DNA from: Lachnospiraceae bacterium
Lineage (GTDB): Bacteria; Bacillota; Clostridia; Lachnospirales; Lachnospiraceae
NCBI GenBank assembly: GCA_022799355.1
Contig: JAAWOG010000010.1
Span: forward strand, 5,766-69,765
DNA length: 64,000 nucleotides
Direction of reading: 5' to 3'
Below, one piece after another: positions 8,971-17,768 of this stretch. A model generated the notes under the pieces. That model ran no database searches. It saw only the letters and a program-made list of their open reading frames with translations, and was not told where the DNA came from. How positions within the stretch are numbered: the stretch's first letter is position 1; each line of letters begins with the position of its first letter. The position numbers and the translations under genes were made by a program.

Positions 8971-10311
8971 ATGGAAGAAAACAAATTTACTGATTTGTAT
9001 GACAAACTGGTTCATAGAAAGGGAAGCCTGGCTATAGTGGGGTTGGGATATGTCGGAATGCCTTTAGCTGTTGCTTTTGCAGAGAAAAGAATAAATATCA
9101 TCGGATTTGATAACAATAGGACAAAGATTGATTTATATCGTTCCGGCATAGATCCGACAAATGAGGTGGGCGATGAAACAATCAGAAAAACATCAGTGCA
9201 TTTTACATCAAATGAGGACGAGCTGAAAAAAGCTCGTTTTATTATTGTAGCGGTCCCCACACCGGTAAATACAGATCATACGCCGAATCTTGCACCGGTT
9301 GAGGGCGCAAGCGTAGTTGTGGGGCGCAACCTTCGGTGCGGAACGATTGTTGTTTATGAATCAACAGTTTATCCCGGGGTAACAGAAGATGTATGTATTC
9401 CAATTCTGGAAAAAGAATCAGGGCTTAAATGTGGTATTGATTTTAAAGTCGGCTATAGCCCGGAACGTATAAATCCGGGTGATAAAATACATACACTTCC
9501 CAATATTCGGAAAATTGTTTCCGGAATGGATGAGGAGAGCCTGGAGATTATTGGAAAAATCTATGATCTCGTAATAGAAGTTGGGACATTCCCGGTATCA
9601 TCCATTAAAACTGCGGAGGCTGTAAAGGTTGTGGAAAACAGTCAAAGAGACATAAATATTGCCTTTATGAATGAATTGGCAATGGTGTTTGACAGAATGG
9701 GAATAGATACAAATGAAGTCGTTGACGGAATGAATACCAAGTGGAATGCGCTTGGGTTCAGGCCCGGTCTGGTTGGTGGCCATTGTATTGGCGTTGATCC
9801 ATATTATTTTACTTATGAAGCCGAGAAATTAGGATATCACAGTCAGATTATTCTAAACGGGCGTATCGTAAATGATTCTATGGGGACATATGTAGCTGAT
9901 GCGGCAATACGGAAAATGATTGAGGCGGGGCAGGCACCCAAAAAGAGCAAGGTTGCAATTTTGGGATTGACATTTAAAGAGAATTGTCCGGATACGAGAA
10001 ACAGTAAGGTAGATGATATCGTTAAACGTCTTAATACATATGGTATAGTTCCATTAATTGTAGATCCCTGGGCATCGAAAAGGGAGGCAGAGGCGGAATA
10101 TGGTGTTAAACTTACGAATTTTGAGCAGGTAAAAGATGTTGACTGTGTAATTATCGCAGTGGCTCACAATGAGTTTAAGGAAATGAGCCTGGAGGATTTG
10201 AAAGGGCTATACCGAAAGTCAAATGATTGTGAAAAAGTACTGATTGACGTAAAGGGAATATATGATGTTGGAGAATTAGAAGCGAGTGGTATCGGATATT
10301 GGCGGTTGTAG
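8971..10311 (+). CDS. Nucleotide-sugar 6-dehydrogenase (UDP-N-acetylhexosamine dehydrogenase, TviB/WbpO/CapL-like)
   Basis: 446 aa. N-terminal Rossmann motif LAIVGLGYVGMPLAVAFA, catalytic-Cys region GLVGGHCIGVDPYY, and a C-terminal UDP-binding domain (VAILGLTFKENCPDTRNSK). Confidence 0.85.
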   Translation: MEENKFTDLYDKLVHRKGSLAIVGLGYVGMPLAVAFAEKRINIIGFDNNRTKIDLYRSGIDPTNEVGDETIRKTSVHFTSNEDELKKARFIIVAVPTPVNTDHTPNLAPVEGASVVVGRNLRCGTIVVYESTVYPGVTEDVCIPILEKESGLKCGIDFKVGYSPERINPGDKIHTLPNIRKIVSGMDEESLEIIGKIYDLVIEVGTFPVSSIKTAEAVKVVENSQRDINIAFMNELAMVFDRMGIDTNEVVDGMNTKWNALGFRPGLVGGHCIGVDPYYFTYEAEKLGYHSQIILNGRIVNDSMGTYVADAAIRKMIEAGQAPKKSKVAILGLTFKENCPDTRNSKVDDIVKRLNTYGIVPLIVDPWASKREAEAEYGVKLTNFEQVKDVDCVIIAVAHNEFKEMSLEDLKGLYRKSNDCEKVLIDVKGIYDVGELEASGIGYWRL

Positions 10312-10344
10312 GTTGAAAGTTTATCAGTTTAGAGGAGAATAAAC

Positions 10345-11391
10345 ATGGATACACCATTTAAAAACAAAACACTTTTAATTACTGGTGGTACAGGTTCTTT
10401 TGGGCATACTGTTTTGAAACATTTTTTAAATACGGATATAGGAGAAATTCGTATTTTTTCCCGGGATGAAAAAAAACAGGACGATATGCGCCATGAACTG
10501 CAGGCTAATTATCCCAAAGAGGCAACCAAGGTCAAATTTTATATCGGCAATGTCAGGAATCAGCAATCGGTTCATGATGCAATGGTAGGAGTAGATTATA
10601 TTTTTCATGCAGCAGCATTAAAGCAGGTGCCTTCATGTGAATTCTTCCCTATGGAGGCTGTAGAAACAAATGTAATTGGTACAAATAATGTATTGCACGC
10701 GGCTATAGAAGAAAAGGTAAAGAGAGTGGTATGCTTGTCGACTGATAAAGCGGCGTATCCAATCAATGCAATGGGGACATCAAAAGCTATGATGGAGCAT
10801 GTGGCAAGGGCAAACGCAAGAGTGGCGGCGGAGAGGGGGGATACGGTGATCTGCTGTACAAGATACGGGAATGTGATGTGCTCAAGGGGCTCAGTAATCC
10901 CTCTTTTTATTGAGCAGATTAAAGCAGGTAACGCAATTACGATTACAAATCCTGATATGACAAGATTTTTGATGAATCTGGACGAAGCCGTTGATCTTGT
11001 TAAATTTGCTTTTGAACATGCGGAATCAGGAGATATTTTTATCCAGAAATCAGATGCCTGTACTATTGGAATATTAGCGGAAGCTGTCAAAAGGCTTTTT
11101 GGTGATACCGGTATTAATATTATAGGGACCAGACATGGAGAAAAGTTATATGAAACATTGATGACAAAAGAAGAACGGCTTCGTTCCGAAGATATGGGGG
11201 ATTATTATCGAGTTTTTGCGGATAATCGAACACTGAACTATGATAAGTATTTTGTGAAAGGAGAAGTTACAACAGAGGCAGAGGAGGCATATACTTCTCA
11301 TAATACGAATCAACTTGATGTGGAAGAAACCATTGCAAAAATTATGACGACTGATTATGTAAAAGAAGCGTTTAAGGTGGTGAAGCAATGA
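10345..11391 (+). CDS. fnlA: UDP-GlcNAc 4,6-dehydratase/5-epimerase (FnlA/CapE type), first step of UDP-L-FucNAc synthesis
   Basis: 348 aa, AGAGGAG SD. KTLLITGGTGSFGHTVLKHFL, FHAAALKQVPSCEF, CLSTDKAAYPINAMGTSKAMME, TRYGNVMCSRGSVIPLF. A CapF-type gene follows with an ATGA overlap. Confidence 0.85.
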   Translation: MDTPFKNKTLLITGGTGSFGHTVLKHFLNTDIGEIRIFSRDEKKQDDMRHELQANYPKEATKVKFYIGNVRNQQSVHDAMVGVDYIFHAAALKQVPSCEFFPMEAVETNVIGTNNVLHAAIEEKVKRVVCLSTDKAAYPINAMGTSKAMMEHVARANARVAAERGDTVICCTRYGNVMCSRGSVIPLFIEQIKAGNAITITNPDMTRFLMNLDEAVDLVKFAFEHAESGDIFIQKSDACTIGILAEAVKRLFGDTGINIIGTRHGEKLYETLMTKEERLRSEDMGDYYRVFADNRTLNYDKYFVKGEVTTEAEEAYTSHNTNQLDVEETIAKIMTTDYVKEAFKVVKQ

Positions 11392-12668
11392 AAGTATTGG
11401 TAACAGGAAGTAATGGCTTTGTGGGGCGGAATCTTGTATGGAATCTGAAGGAAATACGAGATGGGAAGAACCGAACCAGACCTAATTTGACAATTACTGA
11501 GATATATGGTTTTGATATTGACAGTGATCAGACAGCATTGGATGAGGCGTGCAAACGGGTAGATTTTGTATTTAATCTTGCCGGAGTTAACCGACCAAAA
11601 GAAATATCTGAGTTTATAGAGGGAAATTATGGATTTGCGGACAGGCTCCTGGAGACATTAAAAAAACATCATAATAACTGTCCGGTAATGCTGGCCAGTT
11701 CAGCGCAGGCATCTCTGGCCGGAAGGTTTGCTGATTCTGAATATGGAAAAAGCAAGCTGGCAGGAGAGGAATTGTTTTTTAAATATGCGGAAGAAACGGG
11801 TTCTAAAGTTTTGATATATCGTTTCCCAAATTTGTTTGGAAAGTGGTGCAAGCCAAATTATAATTCGGCGGTGGCAACTTTTTGTCATGCAGTGGCAAAT
11901 GATATGGAATATACAGTGAACGATCCGAGGACGGAGTTGGAACTCCTTTATATTGATGATGTAATAAATGAGATGCTTGATGCGTTAGAGGGGAAAGAGC
12001 ATCGCTGTGACTATACAAAAGATGAACTTCATAATGGACTGGAGGCACAGCCATCATCAACTGGTCGTTATTGCTATGTGCCGATTACGCATAACGCAAC
12101 ATTGGGAGAAATAGTTAATTTATTAAATATATTTAAATCCATGCCGGAAAATCTTGTCATGCCGGAAATACCAGAGGAATCGTTTGCTAAAAAGCTTTAT
12201 TCTACATATCTTTCTTATTTGCCGGTATCTAAAATATCTTATCATTTTAAGTCAAATGTGGATAGCCGCGGGAATTTTACGGAACTTATAAGGACATTGA
12301 ATTGTGGACAGGTGAGTATTAATGTGGCAAAACCAGGGGTGACAAGAGGGCAGCACTGGCATAACAGCAAGTGGGAAATTTTTATAGTAGTCTCCGGCCA
12401 TGGACTGATTCAGCAACGTCGTATCGGGATTGATCCTGAAACAAAAGAAGGATATCCTATGATTGAATTTGAGGTTACAGGAGAGCAAATGAAAGCGGTA
12501 CAGATGCTTCCGGGATATACCCATAATATTATTAATCTGTCAAAAACAGAGAATCTTGTAACAGTTATGTGGGCAAATGAAATGTTTGATGAAAATAATC
12601 CGGATACATTTTATGAACCAGTGATTCCGGGAGAGGACAGATTATCGGCGGAAAAGGGGAATGTATGA
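11388..12668 (+). CDS. fnlB: FnlB/CapF-type bifunctional reductase/epimerase (N-terminal SDR plus C-terminal cupin)
   Basis: 426 aa. MKVLVTGSNGFVGRNL Rossmann motif, YGKSK catalytic pair, and a C-terminal cupin block (DSRGNFTELIR...GVTRGQHWHNSKWEIFIVVSGHG). ATGA coupling occurs at both ends. Confidence 0.8.
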   Translation: MKVLVTGSNGFVGRNLVWNLKEIRDGKNRTRPNLTITEIYGFDIDSDQTALDEACKRVDFVFNLAGVNRPKEISEFIEGNYGFADRLLETLKKHHNNCPVMLASSAQASLAGRFADSEYGKSKLAGEELFFKYAEETGSKVLIYRFPNLFGKWCKPNYNSAVATFCHAVANDMEYTVNDPRTELELLYIDDVINEMLDALEGKEHRCDYTKDELHNGLEAQPSSTGRYCYVPITHNATLGEIVNLLNIFKSMPENLVMPEIPEESFAKKLYSTYLSYLPVSKISYHFKSNVDSRGNFTELIRTLNCGQVSINVAKPGVTRGQHWHNSKWEIFIVVSGHGLIQQRRIGIDPETKEGYPMIEFEVTGEQMKAVQMLPGYTHNIINLSKTENLVTVMWANEMFDENNPDTFYEPVIPGEDRLSAEKGNV

Positions 12669-14652
12669 CATTGTGTAAACCGCTTGCGGATATGAAAAAG
12701 AAAGCAGCTAGTAAAAAAACGATAGTTATTATATGCGTAGTATGGTTAGTTTTGCAGTATATTTTGGTTTTTTATAAAAGTCCACTGGTTTTTATATCGG
12801 ATGAAGTGACATACAAAAGGATTGCATATAATTTATTCCGATCCGAACCAATTGAGTCATTGCATTATCCTTTCCTTTATCCGGCAATAATATCAATGGG
12901 ATTTTTTGGGAAAGAGCATTTTTATGAGGCAATGTTGGGTATAAATATATTGTTTAAAGGAATGTGCCTCATTATCATATGGAGATTGTTGCAAAAAGAG
13001 ACAGATAGAAGAAAAGCAACGTATATATTGGTTCTCATAGCTTTTTCGCCAATATATTTTTTGTATTCCAGATTACTGATGGCAGAGAATCTGGCATGTC
13101 CGCTATTAATTATAAATGTATTGTATCACGAGCACTACAGAAAAGTATTGCTTAGTGGGCACGGGGGGGTAAAACATCCTGCACTGTTTGTGCAGCACTG
13201 TTGTCATTAGGCTTGTTTTGGACAAAGTATTTGATGTTAGTAACACTGCCGGTATTCTGTTTGTTTTGGAGTGTGGAATGTTTTAAAGGGACATCAGGAC
13301 TGAGAAGCAGGATGATGAAGTTTTTTAAGGTTGCAATTTTTTATACCTTTATTGTCATATTTTGTATTGTTATATATGCGTATATCTATGCGGTGAAAAT
13401 AAATCAACCTGTTTCTTTAGGGCTTATTATCGATACAATGGGATTTGGAATTGGATCGGGACCATCTAATAATGGATATGCGATATTGGTGGAGTGGAAA
13501 TGGATAATAAGTTATGTGCTATATGCATTGCTTGGGGCGGCGCCTATAATTGCAGGTATGATTTCAAATGTAAAGTATAATTTACTTAAAGAGAATAAAG
13601 ATATTTTTTGGTTAAGTATTCTGCTTATCATAGTATTAATTTATATTTCGGCCAGACATTCTACTTATATATATTATAATGCAGGTGGGAAAATGATGAA
13701 TTTATGTGGCAGATATGTGGCATATACTACACCACTTTTGGCGATATGCTGGTTCCGGACATGTGATTTGTCAGAAAGGTATATTTTAAAGGTTGCAAGA
13801 AAAATATATGCAGGCATTACAGGTATCGTTATTGTGTGGGGGGCCTATGAATTATTATATGTATTCTCACCAGGAGTAGAACAATCTTCGGGATGGCTGA
13901 CGGGAATCAGAGCGGCAGATAATGCAGGCTTTACGAATCTGGGAATAGTTTTTTGCTGGATGTATTGCGTGGGAATTTGGGTTTTAATTTGTACTGAGCG
14001 AATAATAGGAATATTAATTATTTGTATATTGTTGTCTATTAATAGTTTTTCAGCAGTGCTGACCTGTGAAAAATATCATAGTGCTGCTTTTGTATATTCT
14101 GAATTAATGAAGGAACTTTGTGATAGGGAGGGCAATGGAACGATATCCGTATTATGTACTGAGTTTGCAGATTATGACCGTATGTATCAATTTAAGTGGT
14201 TTTACAATATTGATGGTAAAACGGAGAGGATACGGATAGTCCGTGCTCCAATAGAATTAATTGATCCATGTCGGTTGGAACAGAAGTGTGATGAATATTT
14301 ATTTCTGATTAAGACAGAATTGGTAGATTCGGAAATATATCAGAAGAATATTGATTTAATTACAGGTGATTTAAATAAAGAGTATGTTCTGTTGGAATGG
14401 GACAAGAATAGATTCTATAGAGATGAAAGCAAGTTGGATGTATTGTTTACAGAAGAAAATCAGGTTAGATTGTCGTGTGAAGGTAATAACCAGTTAATGT
14501 TCATTTGTGGCAGGTATTTGCTTCCAGTAGAATATGAGGCAGAAGGAAATCAGGTTTTTGTAGCAGTAGATAAAAAATATTTTGAGGATGATATAGTATG
14601 TGCTTATGATTTAAGTGAATTGAGTTTGAGGGAAGTCGTTTTGGAAAGATAA
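12665..14652 (+). pseudogene. Frameshifted GT-C (PMT_2/ArnT-like) polytopic glycosyltransferase, split into 12665..13210 and 13201..14652 just after a G7 tract
   Basis: The N-terminal fragment has the GT-C first-loop acidic motif (FISDEVTYKRIAYNLF ... HYPFLYP). The downstream frame is open back through the G7 tract at 13163-13169. One extra G would read ..HGGGKTSCTVCAALLSLGLFWTKYLMLV.. and give one ORF of about 663 aa. Confidence 0.7.
13163..13169 (+). repeat. G7 homopolymer at the frameshift point of the split GT-C gene (context CAC-GGGGGGG-TA)
   Basis: The upstream frame reads CAC GGG GGG GTA and reaches a stop at 13208-13210. The downstream ORF frame is open through the tract, so G8 would restore one ORF. 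Confidence 0.9.
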
Positions 14653-14668
14653 ATAGGGAAAGGGAGGT

Positions 14669-15883
14669 GTGGAGGATTTTATGAAAGATATGAAATATCC
14701 GTTGTGGAAAGACAATGGAAGATTGAAATTGCTTATTATTGTTGGTACGAGACCGGAGATCATACGCCTTGCACCAACAATTGCAAAGGCCAGGGAGTAT
14801 TTTGATTGTTTACTGGTACATACAGGCCAGAATTATGATTATAACCTTAATGGAGTATTTTTTAAGAATCTGGGATTATCTGATCCGGATATTTTGCTTA
14901 ATGTAGTTGGAGATGACTTGGGTGAAACGATAGGGAATATTTTAAGTGAATCTTATAAACTTATGTCAGAGCTGAAACCGGAGGCACTACTGATTCTTGG
15001 AGATACTAATTCCTGTTTATCTGCGATAGCGGCAAAACGCCTTCATATACCTATTTTTCATATGGAGGCAGGAAATCGTTGTAAGGATGAGTGTCTGCCG
15101 GAGGAGACGAACAGGAGGATTGTGGATATCATTTCAGATGTGAATCTTGCTTATTCTGAACATGCACGGCGCTATCTCATGGAATGCGGACTGCCAAAGG
15201 AGAGGACTTACGTTACAGGTTCCCCAATGGCAGAGGTATTAAGCAATAATCTGAAGGCGATTATGAATTCTGATGTACATAACAGAATTTCGGAAGAAAT
15301 AGACAAAGAGATTAAAACAGGCAAATACATTCTTTTATCGGCGCATCGAGAGGAAAATATTGATACGGAGGAAAATTTTTTATCTCTTTTTCAGGGAATT
15401 AACGTTATGGCGGAAAAGTATAACATTCCGATTCTGTATTCCTGTCACCCGAGAAGTAGGAAAAGGCTTGTGCAGATGGAAGAAGCAGGAAAATTTAAGC
15501 TACATCCGGAAGTAATAGCTCATGAGCCGCTGGGATTCCATGACTATAATTATCTGCAGATGAATGCTTTTTGTGTGGTTTCGGACAGCGGAACGCTGCC
15601 GGAGGAAAGCAGCTTTTTTACATCAATTGGCAAACCATTCCCGGCCGTATGTATCAGGACGAGTACCGAGAGACCGGAGGCGTTGGATAAAGGATGTTTT
15701 ATTCTATCCGGAATTGATACGGAAGGACTGCTGCAGTCAGTAGAAATGGCGGTAGAGATGAATAGGGACGGGGATTACGGAATACCTGTACCGGATTATA
15801 TGGATGTTAATGTCAGTATGAAGGTTATAAGGATTATCCAGTCCTATACCAGGGTGGTTAATAAAGTGGTGTGGAGGAAATAA
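14669..15883 (+). CDS. fnlC: Non-hydrolysing UDP-HexNAc 2-epimerase (FnlC/CapG type)
   Basis: 404 aa. LKLLIIVGTRPEIIRLAP, HTGQNYDYNL, LILGDTNS, FHMEAGNRC, and the SDSGTLPEES signature of WecB-family epimerases. The likely start is ATG 14681 after GGAGGTGTGGAGG. Confidence 0.85.
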   Translation: MEDFMKDMKYPLWKDNGRLKLLIIVGTRPEIIRLAPTIAKAREYFDCLLVHTGQNYDYNLNGVFFKNLGLSDPDILLNVVGDDLGETIGNILSESYKLMSELKPEALLILGDTNSCLSAIAAKRLHIPIFHMEAGNRCKDECLPEETNRRIVDIISDVNLAYSEHARRYLMECGLPKERTYVTGSPMAEVLSNNLKAIMNSDVHNRISEEIDKEIKTGKYILLSAHREENIDTEENFLSLFQGINVMAEKYNIPILYSCHPRSRKRLVQMEEAGKFKLHPEVIAHEPLGFHDYNYLQMNAFCVVSDSGTLPEESSFFTSIGKPFPAVCIRTSTERPEALDKGCFILSGIDTEGLLQSVEMAVEMNRDGDYGIPVPDYMDVNVSMKVIRIIQSYTRVVNKVVWRK

Positions 15884-15976
15884 AAATTCTCATTATTCTG
15901 TTGTTCAAATAAGAAAACCATGATAAACTAAGCTAGTAATTCTAATTTTTCATATAAGAATTGCAAATGAAAAAAG

Positions 15977-17407
15977 ATGGAGTATAAATATATGAAAGAG
16001 AGAGAAATTAGCATAATCGATTTATTAGTGGAAATTTTATTGCACTGGAGAATGTTTATTATTTGGATGCTGATTGGAGCAGTCCTATTAGGTGCATATA
16101 GTTTCAATCGTTCACGAAGCGCTATAAAAAGCCAGCAGGCACAGACGGTGGAAATGGAGCGGGAGCCGGAAGAATGGCTGTCCGAAGAGGAAATAGAAAA
16201 TGTAAATTATGTAATGGCTTATGAAAAAGCATATCAGGAAAAAAAGGCTTATCAGGAGGAATTGCTGCTGATGCAGGTGGATCATAACAACATCAGCAAG
16301 GCAGAAGCAACTATTGCTATCGATGCAGGAGAGCGGCAGAAAAGCTATGATATAGAAAAAGTCTATGAAGATATTATATTAAGTGGGGAACTCGTTGATA
16401 AAGTGGCGGAAAATACTGATATGAAAGCGGCGGATATTAGCGAGATGCTTTTTCTATGCAGGGAGGGAACCGTAAGCTACAGTTTAGAAGGGGCGGAAGG
16501 GATCAGTACGTTCAGGATTGCGGCGATGCATAGTGACGAGGCTCAAAGCAAAAATATGTTGGATGCGGTTATTGCATTTCTGAAAGAAAAGCAGCCAGAT
16601 TTGGAAAAGAGCCTTGGGGAGCATGAAATTACGATAGTAAATCAGTCTTTTGGCATAGCGCCTGATACATTGATTGCAGAGAAACAAAAAAAGTTATTGG
16701 ATGAAAGAGCCAGCATGAAAAGGATACTTTCTGATACGATAGAAAATTTGTCTGATGTGGAGAAACAATATTATAATCTCTTGTCAAATGACGAAGAATC
16801 TGAGGAAAATGCAGTGGTGGAGGTGGTGTCAGCACCAGGAGTGAGTGTGAAATATGTTCTTCTCGGAGCGGTTATGGCGGCATTCATTTATGCGTTTATT
16901 CTTTTCATGATTTATATTTTTAATACTAAAATACGTGCTACGGATAGTTTGCAGGAATTATATGACATTCCTCAATTGGGTATGGTTCCATCTGAAAAGA
17001 ATGATAAAAAGGTATTTGGGTTTATAGATAAATGGATTATATCTCTGAGAAATCATAATAAACGGCAGTTTACATCAGAGGAAGCATTGGAACTTGCCTC
17101 TGTTGCGGCTAAAATGGCTGCCGGAAAGGAAACGCTTCATGAGCTAAGCCTGATGGGCAGTGGATTAAAAGAGCACTCATTTGATATATGTGAAAAAATT
17201 AAAGAACGTTTGAAAAAAGATGGCATTCAAGTAAATATTTTGAACAATGTGCTATATGATGCTCAAATGATGGGAGAATTGGAGAAGGCGAAAGGCGTAA
17301 TTCTGGTAGAGAGTGCCAATATAACATTATATAACGAGATTTTTGAAGAATTGGAACTTCTGAAAAGACAAGGGATTAAAGTTTTGGGCGGAATTTTAGT
17401 GGGATAG
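15977..17407 (+). CDS. Wzz/CpsC-family chain-length regulator fused to a degenerate BY-kinase-like C-terminal domain
   Basis: The N-terminal Wzz pattern (EISIIDLLVEILLHWRMFIIWMLIGAVLLGAY) plus a second TM (VKYVLLGAVMAAFIYAFILFMIYIF) bracket a coiled periplasm-like domain. The C-terminal 150 aa follow the CpsD/CapB layout (..LSLMGSGLKEHSF...GVILVESANIT...GIKVLGGILVG), but the Walker A position reads GSGLKEHS instead of G-x-GKS/T. Confidence 0.7.
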   Translation: MEYKYMKEREISIIDLLVEILLHWRMFIIWMLIGAVLLGAYSFNRSRSAIKSQQAQTVEMEREPEEWLSEEEIENVNYVMAYEKAYQEKKAYQEELLLMQVDHNNISKAEATIAIDAGERQKSYDIEKVYEDIILSGELVDKVAENTDMKAADISEMLFLCREGTVSYSLEGAEGISTFRIAAMHSDEAQSKNMLDAVIAFLKEKQPDLEKSLGEHEITIVNQSFGIAPDTLIAEKQKKLLDERASMKRILSDTIENLSDVEKQYYNLLSNDEESEENAVVEVVSAPGVSVKYVLLGAVMAAFIYAFILFMIYIFNTKIRATDSLQELYDIPQLGMVPSEKNDKKVFGFIDKWIISLRNHNKRQFTSEEALELASVAAKMAAGKETLHELSLMGSGLKEHSFDICEKIKERLKKDGIQVNILNNVLYDAQMMGELEKAKGVILVESANITLYNEIFEELELLKRQGIKVLGGILVG

Positions 17408-17430
17408 AATAAATCTGTGATGAGGAAAAA

Positions 17431-17462
17431 CCTGCAGGGCTGGACGGCTTTGCAGGTTTTTT
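17431..17462 (+). terminator. Rho-independent terminator closing the AT-rich operon
   Basis: AAAAACCTGCAG-ggctggacggct-TTGCAGGTTTTTTG. The stem is CCTGCA (17431-17436) with TGCAGG (17451-17456), followed by a T6 run, 24 nt after the Wzz stop codon. The A-run upstream and T-run downstream suggest it could act in both directions. Confidence 0.8.
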
Positions 17463-17569
17463 GCTTTTATTATTGCCGCAGTGATTATCTGAAATTTGGA
17501 ATGAGATCGTGTGATACGGATAATTTTAAGAAACTATTGCTGTTTTTATGAGATATTGGCCCGTTTCCC

Positions 17570-17598
17570 TTGCACTGTTATCCTTTGCATGTTATGAT
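17570..17598 (+). promoter_or_regulatory. Sigma-A-like promoter candidate (TTGCAC-17 nt-TATGAT)
   Basis: -35 TTGCAC at 17570-17575, a 17-nt spacer, and -10 TATGAT at 17593-17598. It lies about 170 nt upstream of the degraded ATPase ORFs. Confidence 0.4.
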
Positions 17599-17768
17599 GA
17601 ATAACATGAATTTATATAAAAGAGACGAAAAGTGGCCGCCGCTGCCAGTTCGGAACAAGCAGGAAGAGCAGTAAAATGGTGTGTATTCTAGACAGGGAGG
17701 GGCAGGAGATGTTCCTTTCTACAAGTTGCTTTTATGTTGAGTAAGAGATTACTGTCCTTGTATGGGAT

